This document shows positions 1 to 8,479 of a stretch of DNA of 64,000 nucleotides, piece after piece. The notes below the pieces were generated by a model. The model was not told where the DNA came from, did no database searches, and saw only the letters and a program-made list of their open reading frames with translations. How positions within the stretch are numbered: the first letter of the stretch is position 1; every line of letters begins with the position of its first letter. The translations under genes were made by a program, and so were the position numbers. The stretch lies in contig JAFGGC010000002.1 in NCBI GenBank assembly GCA_016930715.1, positions 126,059 through 190,058 on the forward strand. The letters are read 5' to 3'. Source of the stretch: Endomicrobiales bacterium. GTDB taxonomy: Bacteria > Elusimicrobiota > Endomicrobiia > Endomicrobiales > JAFGGC01.

Positions 1-2
1 GG

Positions 3-920
3 CTCAAGCAGGAATTCAGGAAAACTTCCCTCGAGTTTAATTCCAGGTACGATTTCGTGGACAGTTTTATGGGGTTCAATCTGGAGCTTTTGTACAAGCT
101 CACGCCGGCTGCGGTCGGTTTCGACCTGTACGACAAGGTCGATTTCAACGAGGTGTATTCGAACGTGGAGTACATCCAGCGTTCGCAGGCCGTCGCGCCC
201 TTTGCCCAGAGGTACATATCGAAGACGACCAAGATAAGGGGCTCCCTGGCCTTCGAAAACACCTACACTAGTTCGCTTTCCACGTCTTTCAAGCTGGATC
301 AGGGCAGAAACGTGCTCGGACAAGTAGGCATGTACAACAACACGGTCGAAGAAACGACGTCGACCCCCAAGGGCGGGATGCGTTCGATAGTTCTCATGAA
401 ATCGTTCGAGGTTTTCGGCAGCGACTACGATTACATGCAGAGCGAATTGTATCTACAGCAATATTTCGGTTCTTTTTCAGACCATTATCTGGGATACGAG
501 TTCAGGGCCGGTTATCCCATTGACGCCGCGAAACGCCCTTTCACGTCATTCTATTACGTGGGGGGTTACAGGATACTGCGCGGTTACGATTTCAAGGAGT
601 TCATGGGAGACGCGCTGCTGTACCAGAACCTCAGTTACAACATTCCTCTGGCAAAATCCAAGATAGACCCCTCGAAAAGCCTTGCTTTTTCCATACTGAC
701 GTGGAATTTTTTCTCGGAAAGCGCGAAAATCGGGGACAAAAAAATATACGAGTTGCCGGAAGATGTGAAGGCGAATTTCGGCACGGGCGTCGCCTATCGC
801 ATCATGCTTTTCAGGATATTCCCCGTTCAGCTTGAGTTCTCGGTCGCGAAGGCGATGGAACCGAGAGATCCCGAGTATTACGTGACACTGTCGACGATAT
901 ATTACACTTGGCAAAATTGA
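3..920 (+). CDS. Omp85/BamA-family outer-membrane beta-barrel protein, C-terminal part (5' end upstream of window)
   Basis: The frame is open from nt 3, with no stop before the first ATG at 57, so the gene starts outside the window. It shows an alternating aromatic/hydrophobic beta-strand pattern. The motif GGYRILRGYDFKEF and the aromatic-rich terminal strand YYVTLSTIYYTWQN resemble Omp85/surface-antigen D15 barrels. Confidence 0.6.
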   Translation, partial: LKQEFRKTSLEFNSRYDFVDSFMGFNLELLYKLTPAAVGFDLYDKVDFNEVYSNVEYIQRSQAVAPFAQRYISKTTKIRGSLAFENTYTSSLSTSFKLDQGRNVLGQVGMYNNTVEETTSTPKGGMRSIVLMKSFEVFGSDYDYMQSELYLQQYFGSFSDHYLGYEFRAGYPIDAAKRPFTSFYYVGGYRILRGYDFKEFMGDALLYQNLSYNIPLAKSKIDPSKSLAFSILTWNFFSESAKIGDKKIYELPEDVKANFGTGVAYRIMLFRIFPVQLEFSVAKAMEPRDPEYYVTLSTIYYTWQN

Positions 921-938
921 TTTAAAAAGGAGGGCGCG

Positions 939-1721
939 ATGAAAACTATTATTTATTACTTCTCGGGCACCGGGAACTCGCTGAAAGTGGCAAAGGACGT
1001 GGCCGAAGAGCTCGGAAACACCGAGGTACTGCCGATAGCCAAGGCGTTGAAGGGCCAGGTCAGGACCGACGCGGACGCGATAGGCGTGGTTTATCCCGTC
1101 TATATGTGGGGCCTGCCGCTGATGGTGGCCGAATTTTTGAAGAGGTTCGAGAACACGGGGAACAAATACTTTTTTTGCGTAGCGACGTTCGGGGGCGATC
1201 CCGGCGCCGCGAACCTGCAGGTGAGCCGGATACTCGCCGAGAAAGGTATAAAACTCTCTTCGGGTTTCGGCGTAAAAATGCCGGGCAATTACATTCCGCT
1301 TTACGGCGCTTACAGTCAGGCGAAGCAGGACGCAATGTTCCGGAAGGGGAAAGAAAAGGCGAAAATCATCGCGGATACTGTCAAAGAAAAAAAGGAACAA
1401 AAAATAGAGCAAGGCAACTGGTTCATGAACAGTATCCTTTCGAAATTCCTGTACCCGGTGTCGGCTCCAAGAATACCCATGATGGATGAAAAATTCAGGG
1501 TTAAACCCGAGTGCAATTCCTGCGGGATATGCTTCAAGGTATGCCCGGCTTCCAATATAAAGCTCGAAGCCGGCAAGCCGGTCTGGCAGCATAAGTGCCA
1601 GCAGTGCATGGCGTGCATCCAGTTGTGCCCCGTTTACGCCATAGAGTACGGCAATAACACTGAAGGAAGGAAGAGATACCGCAATCCCGCGGTGAGAGTG
1701 GACGAATTGTTCGTTAACTGA
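939..1721 (+). CDS. Flavodoxin-like domain fused to 2x[4Fe-4S] ferredoxin domain (EFR1-type ferredoxin)
   Basis: N-terminal flavodoxin-like MKTIIYYFSGTGNS. C-terminal Cys clusters CNSCGICFKVCP and CQQCMACIQLCP. AGGAGG RBS just upstream. Confidence 0.75.
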   Translation: MKTIIYYFSGTGNSLKVAKDVAEELGNTEVLPIAKALKGQVRTDADAIGVVYPVYMWGLPLMVAEFLKRFENTGNKYFFCVATFGGDPGAANLQVSRILAEKGIKLSSGFGVKMPGNYIPLYGAYSQAKQDAMFRKGKEKAKIIADTVKEKKEQKIEQGNWFMNSILSKFLYPVSAPRIPMMDEKFRVKPECNSCGICFKVCPASNIKLEAGKPVWQHKCQQCMACIQLCPVYAIEYGNNTEGRKRYRNPAVRVDELFVN

Positions 1722-1737
1722 TAAGGGCGAGGTAAAT

Positions 1738-2742
1738 ATGAAGATACTTGAGAAATTGATTGACGAGGCGAGAAAAAGAAATGCCACGGTCATCTTCGCG
1801 GAAGGCGACGAGGAAAGGACCCTCGAAGCCGCTTTGAGGGTCCAGCGCGAATCCGTGGCAAGGGTGGTGCTTGTTTCCGACAAGGCGGAGAAGATAACTT
1901 CCCTTGCCAAAGCAAAGGGCTGGAAGCTTGACGAGTCAAGCGTACTGGTGCCGTCCGAAAAAGCGCTCCCCGGAGATACCGTCGAGTCCTTTGTTTCGTC
2001 GCGTGCGGCGAAAGGCGTGCCGGAAAACGAGGCCCGGAGACTCGTGCTTGATCCTCTGTATTTTTCGAGCCTTTATCTTGCCTGCGGCAAGGCCGGGGCC
2101 TGCGTTGCCGGAGCCCGCTCGGACACAGCCGACGTTTTGAGGGCCGCCTTGACGGGCGTGGGCACCTCTCCAGACGTGAAGTTGATCTCGTCTTTCTTTT
2201 TGATGGTACCGGGCGAAGCTAACCCGGTACTCCGGTCCCCGGTTCTCTACGCGGACTGCGCGGTGAACCCCGCTCCGGGCGCCCTGGGTTTGAGGGACAT
2301 CGCCGTTGAGACCGTTAAAAGCTTCAAGAAGATATTTCCGGACGAAACAGCCCGCGTGGCGTTCCTTTCGTTCTCCACTAAAGGCAGCGCTGACCACGTT
2401 TCCCTGAAGAAGATAAAAGAAGCGGTCGAACACACTAGGGATTTTTTCAAGGGCAACGACGGTATCCGGATCGACGGTGAGCTGCAGTTCGACGCGGCGG
2501 TGATGGAGAAAATATCCCAGAAAAAGGCGCCGGGATCGCCCGTCGGCGGGAAAGCCAACATTTTCATTTTTCCGGATCTAAACGCAGGCAATATATGCTA
2601 CAAGATGACCGAGCGCCTTGCGGGGTTCAAAGCCATCGGGCCCATAATACAGGGCCTCAAGAAACCGTACAGCGACCTGAGCAGGGGGTGTTCGGCGGAA
2701 GACATTTACTATGTTACGGCGGCTACTTTGCTGAGAGGGTAA
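1738..2742 (+). CDS. pta: Phosphate acetyltransferase (PTA_PTB family)
   Basis: 334 aa. Pattern VIFAEGDEER, YADCAVNPAP, FPDLNAGNICYK and LSRGCS is typical of short-form phosphotransacetylases. A phosphate butyryltransferase cannot be fully excluded. Confidence 0.75.
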   Translation: MKILEKLIDEARKRNATVIFAEGDEERTLEAALRVQRESVARVVLVSDKAEKITSLAKAKGWKLDESSVLVPSEKALPGDTVESFVSSRAAKGVPENEARRLVLDPLYFSSLYLACGKAGACVAGARSDTADVLRAALTGVGTSPDVKLISSFFLMVPGEANPVLRSPVLYADCAVNPAPGALGLRDIAVETVKSFKKIFPDETARVAFLSFSTKGSADHVSLKKIKEAVEHTRDFFKGNDGIRIDGELQFDAAVMEKISQKKAPGSPVGGKANIFIFPDLNAGNICYKMTERLAGFKAIGPIIQGLKKPYSDLSRGCSAEDIYYVTAATLLRG

Positions 2743-2921
2743 CGCCTCCCGGCAAGTTGCCACGTCCGCTAAGTGTTCCGCATTGAAATATTGTTGATTT
2801 TATAAGTTTTTTGCCTATATTCTCACCGCCACTGACCAAGTTCCCAAAATACCTTACGCCTTGCTTGATTTCTCCATAAAAATCTGCTATATTTATAATC
2901 AAAATTGGTTTTTTAAACGGC

Positions 2922-2957
2922 AAAAAAAGCCGCGGTAGGGAAGGTTACGCCCGCGGC
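2922..2957 (-). terminator. Intrinsic-terminator-like hairpin readable only on the minus strand (orphan)
   Basis: GCCGCGG (2929-2935) pairs with CCGCGGC (2951-2957) as a 7-bp all-GC stem with a 15-nt loop. The A7 run at 2922-2928 becomes a U7 tail on the minus strand. No minus-strand gene ends here. Confidence 0.3.
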
Positions 2958-3007
2958 ACAGAAAAGTGGTGTTTTTTGTCTTAAAAGGTTTAAGAAAGGA
3001 GAAGAAA

Positions 3008-3769
3008 TTGTCAATCCGAAAACCATTGCTGGCGGGAAACTGGAAGATGTACAAGAACACGGGCGAGGCGGTTGAGCTCGTCGAAGGTCTCAAGAAAAAC
3101 CTCGGAGGCGTGACGGACAGGGAGATACTGGTCTGCACGCCTTTTACTGCGCTTTATGCCGTCGGCAGAGCGCTGAAGGGGTCAAATATAAAGCTTGGAG
3201 CCCAGAACCTTTTCTGGGAACCCAAGGGGGCCTACACCGGCGAAATAGCTCCCGGGATGCTTGTCGATACCGGATGCTCGTACGCGATAATAGGCCATTC
3301 CGAAAGGCGCCAGTACTTCGGCGAAAACGACGGAAGCGTGAACAAGAAAATGAAAGCGGCTTTTTCGGCGGGCTTGACCCCCATTGTCTGCGTGGGAGAA
3401 ACTTTGCAAGAACGCGAGCAAAATGTCACATTCAAGGTTATAGAGCGCCAGGTGAACACGGGGATAGAGGGACTTGACGAGGAACAGGCGAAAAAACTAG
3501 TGATCGCATATGAGCCGGTCTGGGCGATAGGCACGGGTAAGACGGCAACGCCCCAGCAGGCCGAAGAAGTCCACGCGTATATCAGAAAGCTTTACCTGAA
3601 GTTGTACGGCAACGCCGCGTCGGATGCCGTCAGGATACTTTATGGCGGTTCGGTGAAACCGGACAATACCTCCGAGCTTATGAAGGAGCCGAACATTGAC
3701 GGAGGCCTTGTGGGCGGCGCCAGCCTTGAAGTGGATTCATTCACGAAGATCGTCAAGTACAAAGTATGA
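3008..3769 (+). CDS. tpiA: Triosephosphate isomerase
   Basis: Motifs AGNWKM, IIGHSERR, AYEPVWAIGTG and YGGSV. I place the start at TTG 3008 (AAGGAG at 2996-3001, 6-nt spacer) rather than the ORF-track ATG 2966, giving a typical 253 aa. Confidence 0.9.
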   Translation: MSIRKPLLAGNWKMYKNTGEAVELVEGLKKNLGGVTDREILVCTPFTALYAVGRALKGSNIKLGAQNLFWEPKGAYTGEIAPGMLVDTGCSYAIIGHSERRQYFGENDGSVNKKMKAAFSAGLTPIVCVGETLQEREQNVTFKVIERQVNTGIEGLDEEQAKKLVIAYEPVWAIGTGKTATPQQAEEVHAYIRKLYLKLYGNAASDAVRILYGGSVKPDNTSELMKEPNIDGGLVGGASLEVDSFTKIVKYKV

Positions 3770-3829
3770 CGCGTGCGGCCGCGGCGGGCAGCGGTGTTTA
3801 GATAAAATGCATCAGTGACGGGTGATTAA

Positions 3830-4207
3830 ATGTCAACAATGGGCGAAGAAAGAAGGAAGCACATCCGTATTTTTCTGCCGGGGGGGCAGATACGGCTCGT
3901 ATCCGGCATACTGCTTGTCCTTGTCGGGCGCGTGGTTGACATATCCCTGGGTGGCATAAAGTTTGTTTGCAGCGCGGATTTCAAAATCGGGGACGAGGTA
4001 GACCTGGAGGTCACTCTGCCCACCGGGATGAGGTTCAAGTGCAACGGCAGGGTGTGCCATATGGAGGAGATACAGGGCAACGAGAGCGAAAGGATATTCG
4101 GCACCCAGTTCGTCAACCTGGGCGTAAGAGAACAGTTTGAGCTCGGTGAATACATAATGAAGAAAAGAGCGGAGCAGGACGATATCCTGCACGACAAGCT
4201 GAATTAA
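3830..4207 (+). CDS. PilZ domain protein (putative c-di-GMP receptor)
   Basis: Single-domain 125-aa protein with both PilZ signatures: RxxxR (RKHIR) and DxSxxG (DISLGG). Confidence 0.75.
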   Translation: MSTMGEERRKHIRIFLPGGQIRLVSGILLVLVGRVVDISLGGIKFVCSADFKIGDEVDLEVTLPTGMRFKCNGRVCHMEEIQGNESERIFGTQFVNLGVREQFELGEYIMKKRAEQDDILHDKLN

Positions 4208-4220
4208 AGGAACTTTCAAA

Positions 4221-4664
4221 ATGAAGATAGCGTTCGGGTGCGACCACGCGGGTTTTGAACACAAGAAAGGCATTGTCGAATTTTTAAGAAACGAAGGGCA
4301 CGAGGTGCTCGATTTCGGATGCAATTCGGCGGATTCCTGCGATTATCCGGACGTTGCGGCGGACGTCGCCAGGACCGTGTCTTCGGGAAAAGCGGACAAA
4401 GGGGTATTGACTTGCGGCACAGGCGTCGGCATGTCTATAGTTGCCAACAAGTCGAGGGGCGTGAGAGCCGGAGTGTGCTGGAACGAGAAGGTCGCGGCGT
4501 TGATATCGGAACATAACGACGCGAACGTTATATGCCTTCCGGCGCGCTTCGCAAGTACCGATGAAATGAAAAAATGGATAAAGATATGGCTCGTGACCCC
4601 TCAAAGCCCAGAAGAGAGGCATAAAAAAAGAGTTGAAAAGATCTTGAACATAGAGAAAAAGTAA
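4221..4664 (+). CDS. rpiB: Ribose-5-phosphate isomerase B
   Basis: MKIAFGCDHAGF and GVLTCGTGVGMSIVANK. 147 aa, RpiB/LacAB family pattern. Confidence 0.9.
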   Translation: MKIAFGCDHAGFEHKKGIVEFLRNEGHEVLDFGCNSADSCDYPDVAADVARTVSSGKADKGVLTCGTGVGMSIVANKSRGVRAGVCWNEKVAALISEHNDANVICLPARFASTDEMKKWIKIWLVTPQSPEERHKKRVEKILNIEKK

Positions 4665-5372
4665 ATGAGTACCGGCAAAAATCCATCGGGTTTGAAAAGT
4701 TCTTTGAGCAAGTCATACGCTTCGTGCATTGACCACACTGTCCTGAAGCCCCAGACAAGCCGCAGGGATATCATCCGTGTCTGTAGGGAGGCAAGGAAGT
4801 ACGGTTTCTGGTCGGTCTGCGTACCGCCGGCCTATGTTTCTCTGGCAAAGAAACTTATTTCAGATTCCAGGGTAAGGGTATGCACGGTAGCCGGATTCCC
4901 GCTCGGTTTCTCGGCCGCGGAGACAAAAGCCTATGAAGTGAGGAAAGCGGTCCGCGACGGCGCCGATGAGATTGACGTTGTCGTGAACGTGGGGCACGTG
5001 AAATCGAATAAGTCCAAAAATCTGAAAAAAGAGCTGAAGAGACTCAGAAAAGCCGCCGGGAAAAAGACGGCAAAACTGATTTTGGAAACGTGTTATCTTA
5101 CGGAACGGGAGATAGTCGGGCTCTGCCGTATGGCCAAAAAAACTGGATTTGACTATGTGAAGACCTCTACGGGTTTCGGCCCGCGCGGCGCGACAAAAAA
5201 GGATGTTGAGACAATGAGGAGAACAGTAGGGCCGGAAACCGGGGTGAAGGCATCAGGAGGCATCAGGACCTTGAATGACATCAAGACGATGCTTGCCGCC
5301 GGAGCTTCAAGGATTGGGACATCTAATGCAGCCGCTATCATGCGGAGCCTGAAAGGAAGGAATGAAGCATGA
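4665..5372 (+). CDS. deoC: Deoxyribose-phosphate aldolase
   Basis: IDHTVLKP, VKTSTGF and KASGGIR (class I aldolase Lys motifs). The start abuts the rpiB stop. Confidence 0.9.
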   Translation: MSTGKNPSGLKSSLSKSYASCIDHTVLKPQTSRRDIIRVCREARKYGFWSVCVPPAYVSLAKKLISDSRVRVCTVAGFPLGFSAAETKAYEVRKAVRDGADEIDVVVNVGHVKSNKSKNLKKELKRLRKAAGKKTAKLILETCYLTEREIVGLCRMAKKTGFDYVKTSTGFGPRGATKKDVETMRRTVGPETGVKASGGIRTLNDIKTMLAAGASRIGTSNAAAIMRSLKGRNEA

Positions 5373-6442
5373 ACGTGAACGAACTTCTTCAGTTGATGGT
5401 GAAAAAGGGGATATCGGACATTCATTTCAAGGCCGATTCGGCGCCCCTGCTCAGGATGAACGGAAAACTGGTGCCCACGGAATTTGACAGGTTTTCGTCT
5501 AAGCACATCGAAGAGCTGGCCAATTCCTTCATGAACGGCGAACAGAAAAAGGTTTTTGAAAACGAGAATGAACTGGATATCGCGTACTCCATTGACGAGC
5601 TTTCCAGGTTCAGGATCAACATGTACCGGCAGAGGGGATCGACCGCGCTGACCTTGAGGGTCGTGCCCCTTGACGTTAAGAAACTTGAAGAACTCAACCT
5701 GCCGGCGGAGGCTCTCAGAAAGCTTGCCGCTGAATCAAGAGGATTGATACTTATCGCGGGGGTAACCGGGGCCGGCAAGACCACCACCATGAACTCCATA
5801 CTGAACTACATCAATGAAAACTTCCAGTACAACATCGTTACCGTCGAAGATCCCATAGAATATTATCACAAGGACAGGAAGTCGTCCATATCGCAGAGAG
5901 AGGTTGGTGTTGACACAAAATCGTACGCGAGGGCGCTCAAATACGTTCTGCGCCAGGACCCGGACGTGGTAGTTATCGGCGAAATGCGCGACTACGAGGC
6001 GATGTCAGCCGGCATAACCGCCGCGGAGACGGGGCACCTAGTGCTTTCGACTATCCACACTATGGATGCCGTTCAGACGATTGACAGGCTGGTCGATTCG
6101 TACCCGCCGCACCAGCAGGCCTCGGTGCGTTCCCAGCTCGGCAATGTCATAAAGGGAATAGTCGCGCAGAGGCTCATAACGACCAAGGACGGCAACGGTA
6201 GGGTCCCGGCGACAGAGATATTGATAGGCACGTCCTTGATAAGAAAGCTCATAAGCGAAGGGAAAATCTCCGAGGTCTACAAGGCCATGGAACAGGGCGC
6301 CTACTACGGTATGCACACTTTCGACAACGATCTTTTTGAACTGTGCAAGAAAGGCGTGATAAGCGCGGAAGAAGCGCTTGATAAATCCACGAACCCGGAC
6401 GACCTTACTTTAAAGCTCAAAGGCATAGAAAGAGGGGAATAG
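5369..6442 (+). CDS. pilT: Type IV pilus retraction ATPase PilT
   Basis: Walker A GVTGAGKTTT, plus VVIGEMRD and GHLVLSTIHT. 357 aa is typical of PilT. The start overlaps the deoC stop (ATGA at 5369-5372). Confidence 0.85.
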   Translation: MNVNELLQLMVKKGISDIHFKADSAPLLRMNGKLVPTEFDRFSSKHIEELANSFMNGEQKKVFENENELDIAYSIDELSRFRINMYRQRGSTALTLRVVPLDVKKLEELNLPAEALRKLAAESRGLILIAGVTGAGKTTTMNSILNYINENFQYNIVTVEDPIEYYHKDRKSSISQREVGVDTKSYARALKYVLRQDPDVVVIGEMRDYEAMSAGITAAETGHLVLSTIHTMDAVQTIDRLVDSYPPHQQASVRSQLGNVIKGIVAQRLITTKDGNGRVPATEILIGTSLIRKLISEGKISEVYKAMEQGAYYGMHTFDNDLFELCKKGVISAEEALDKSTNPDDLTLKLKGIERGE

Positions 6443-6574
6443 ACCCCGTTAGAGTTATAGAAAAACAGGCTTTATTTAAAAGCGAAATACTGATGAACCT
6501 AATAGATTTACGATATTCAATGACTGTTTCAAGGGATTGCGTCCTGTCGTTGGCGGAACTATATCTAACGGGGT
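6443..6574. repeat. 11-bp perfect inverted repeat bracketing the whole pilT / dnaA-like intergenic spacer
   Basis: ACCCCGTTAGA (6443-6453) is the exact reverse complement of TCTAACGGGGT (6564-6574). The arms enclose ~110 nt of AT-rich sequence. The left arm starts 1 nt after the pilT stop and the right arm ends at the RBS of the next gene. Confidence 0.6.
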
Positions 6575-6585
6575 AAAGGAACAAC

Positions 6586-8460
6586 ATGCTGCAAAAGTGG
6601 GAACTATCCCATTATCCTTCAGATAAAGACAAGAAGAGATGGAGGCTGAAGCTTAAAGTAGAAGAGCGCCATCTTTCGGATATCCTCGCGAAAATTTCCG
6701 GGACGGTCGGCAGGCCGTTCATGCTGGAGCGGGAGGATTTTGATTTTGGCATATATATCTACGATATGAAGGACCAGGACGTTGACGCGCTCAGAGCTTC
6801 GCTGCAGGAGGCGTGCCCCGACGGTGTATTCAAGGGGCCTTCGAAAGAGGAGAACCTGGATTCGCTTCTGGACAAGGTGGCAAAAGGCATAGACAACCTT
6901 GCTCCTTCCAAGCTCCGCAAGGAAAAACGCCACGCGAAGGATGACGGGCAAGAGGTGGCTGACGGCGCGCGCGAAGAGCCTCCGCGACAGCCCGACGCAG
7001 AAACGGCCGGCGCGCCCGAAGCGCGGGACGACGCCGACCAGAAAGCCCGTACTTCCAGGCAGAAAGCGCCCCCGCAGGAAAAAAGCTCCGATTTCCACGA
7101 CCTTGAGCTGAATGCGAATTATAAGTTCGATGAGTTCATAATCGGTCCCAACAACAGGTTCACTGCGGCGGCGGCTCAGGCCGTGGCGGACAATCCGGGC
7201 AAAATCTACAATCCGTTTTTCATTTATGGGGGCGTCGGGCTGGGCAAAACTCACCTGATGCACGCCGTGGGCCATTATGTGAACAAGAAGAACTCAGAAC
7301 TGAACCTTCTCTACGTTACCACGGAAAAATTCATGGGTGACGTGATAGATTCGATCAGGAAGGGAACGCTTCAGCAGATGAGGGACCATTACCGTCAGGT
7401 CGACTTGCTCCTCGTGGACGACATACAGTTTCTGGTGGAATCGGAATCGACCCAGGAGGAGTTCTTCCATACTTTCAACGTTCTGCATCAGAACGGAAAG
7501 CAGATAATAGTAACTTCCGACAGGCCGCCCAAGCAGCTGACGACTCTCGAGGACAGGCTCAGGAGCCGTTTTGAATGGGGGTTGATCGCGGACATAAAGT
7601 CTCCCAATCTCGAAACAAGAGTGGCGATACTCAAGAAAAAAGGCGAAATAGAGCACCTGAAACTTGACGATAACATACTTCTCTACATAGCGTCGAAATT
7701 GAAATCGAACATAAGGGAGCTGGAAGGTTTCCTTAAAAGGATAAACGCTTACGCGACGCTCACTCACCAGGAAGTCAACATGGAGCTCGTGCAGACCCTG
7801 ATGAGCGACCTGCTTCCGGCGGAAGAACTTGAGGAAAAAGAAGAAAAGCCCAAAAAGCAGGCGCCCGAAGAGGCGCCGGCCGCACCGCCGCAGGCGCCGG
7901 CTGCCAGACAGGAACAGGTCAAGGCGCCACCGCAGCCTCCGGCAGCCGAAGCCCCAAAACAGCCGCAAGAAAAAGAAATCGAGGAAATAAAGATCGTAAA
8001 AAGGCTGCCGGAACAGCAACCGCCGGCGACGAAGCCGGCCCCGCCTCCGCCCCCGTCCGATTCGGAATCTTCATTGAAGGTCGTGGAAGTCGCGTTTTTC
8101 TATCCCGAGGGAAAAGACGCGGAACTTGGCAAGGTGAAGGAGCACTTCCGTGAAGTTATAAAAAAGCATAAACTGAAATTCCAGCTCAGGGGCATGTTGG
8201 AGAAATCCTACGTTTATGCTGGAAAAGCAAACCACGCTTTTTTCATAGATTTGTGCAAAACGAACAACATATCGATAGCGGTTGTCCTGGGGCCGCCTAC
8301 GGAATCCACTTCCGAGGCGGAAGATTTTGCCAACCTGTTGTCTACCGTGATGGATGACGAAAAGATATCGCTTCAAATGGTTCCGTGGGCCGAATTGAAC
8401 AAAGACTACAGGTACCTGAACCTGGCCCTGGATATCACGCTTCTCAAGCACAAGATGTAG
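6586..8460 (+). CDS. DnaA-like AAA+ ATPase lacking the C-terminal DnaA-box-binding domain (atypical DnaA paralogue)
   Basis: Residues ~175-410 carry the full DnaA domain III signature: FDEFIIGPNNRF, Walker A GGVGLGKTH, Walker B LLLVDDIQF, sensor I IIVTSDRPP, box VII RLRSRFEWGL and sensor II NIRELEG. A Pro/Ala/Gln/Glu-rich linker (411-495) follows, then a 129-aa domain with none of the domain IV motifs (no RDHTTV-type HTH). The N-terminal 170 aa are also unlike DnaA domains I-II. Confidence 0.8.
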   Translation: MLQKWELSHYPSDKDKKRWRLKLKVEERHLSDILAKISGTVGRPFMLEREDFDFGIYIYDMKDQDVDALRASLQEACPDGVFKGPSKEENLDSLLDKVAKGIDNLAPSKLRKEKRHAKDDGQEVADGAREEPPRQPDAETAGAPEARDDADQKARTSRQKAPPQEKSSDFHDLELNANYKFDEFIIGPNNRFTAAAAQAVADNPGKIYNPFFIYGGVGLGKTHLMHAVGHYVNKKNSELNLLYVTTEKFMGDVIDSIRKGTLQQMRDHYRQVDLLLVDDIQFLVESESTQEEFFHTFNVLHQNGKQIIVTSDRPPKQLTTLEDRLRSRFEWGLIADIKSPNLETRVAILKKKGEIEHLKLDDNILLYIASKLKSNIRELEGFLKRINAYATLTHQEVNMELVQTLMSDLLPAEELEEKEEKPKKQAPEEAPAAPPQAPAARQEQVKAPPQPPAAEAPKQPQEKEIEEIKIVKRLPEQQPPATKPAPPPPPSDSESSLKVVEVAFFYPEGKDAELGKVKEHFREVIKKHKLKFQLRGMLEKSYVYAGKANHAFFIDLCKTNNISIAVVLGPPTESTSEAEDFANLLSTVMDDEKISLQMVPWAELNKDYRYLNLALDITLLKHKM

Positions 8461-8479
8461 CCCGTTTCTGGATAAAAAA

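Noticed and set aside
546-1910. A 454-aa minus-strand ORF, and similar long minus-strand ORFs at 11797-12672, 29484-30923, 32722-33777, 36461-37339, 39158-40126 and 41025-42479.
   Set aside because: Each lies antisense to a + strand gene with clear family motifs. Their translations are Arg/Pro/His-rich low-information sequences with no motifs, which is typical of shadow ORFs in moderately GC-rich DNA.
6443-6585. The AT-rich spacer upstream of the DnaA-like gene as a replication origin.
   Set aside because: I found no cluster of TTATCCACA-type DnaA boxes, only isolated partial matches such as TTATCCTTC at ~6609 and TCTGGATAA at ~8469. The adjacent DnaA-like protein lacks a DNA-binding domain, and dnaN/gyrB are absent.
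7820-8070. A repetitive-looking GC-rich stretch (CCGCCG/GCGCC motifs) that might be a tandem repeat or array.
   Set aside because: It is the coding sequence for the Pro/Ala/Gln/Glu-rich linker of the DnaA-like protein. This is low-complexity coding bias, with no regular repeat-spacer periodicity.
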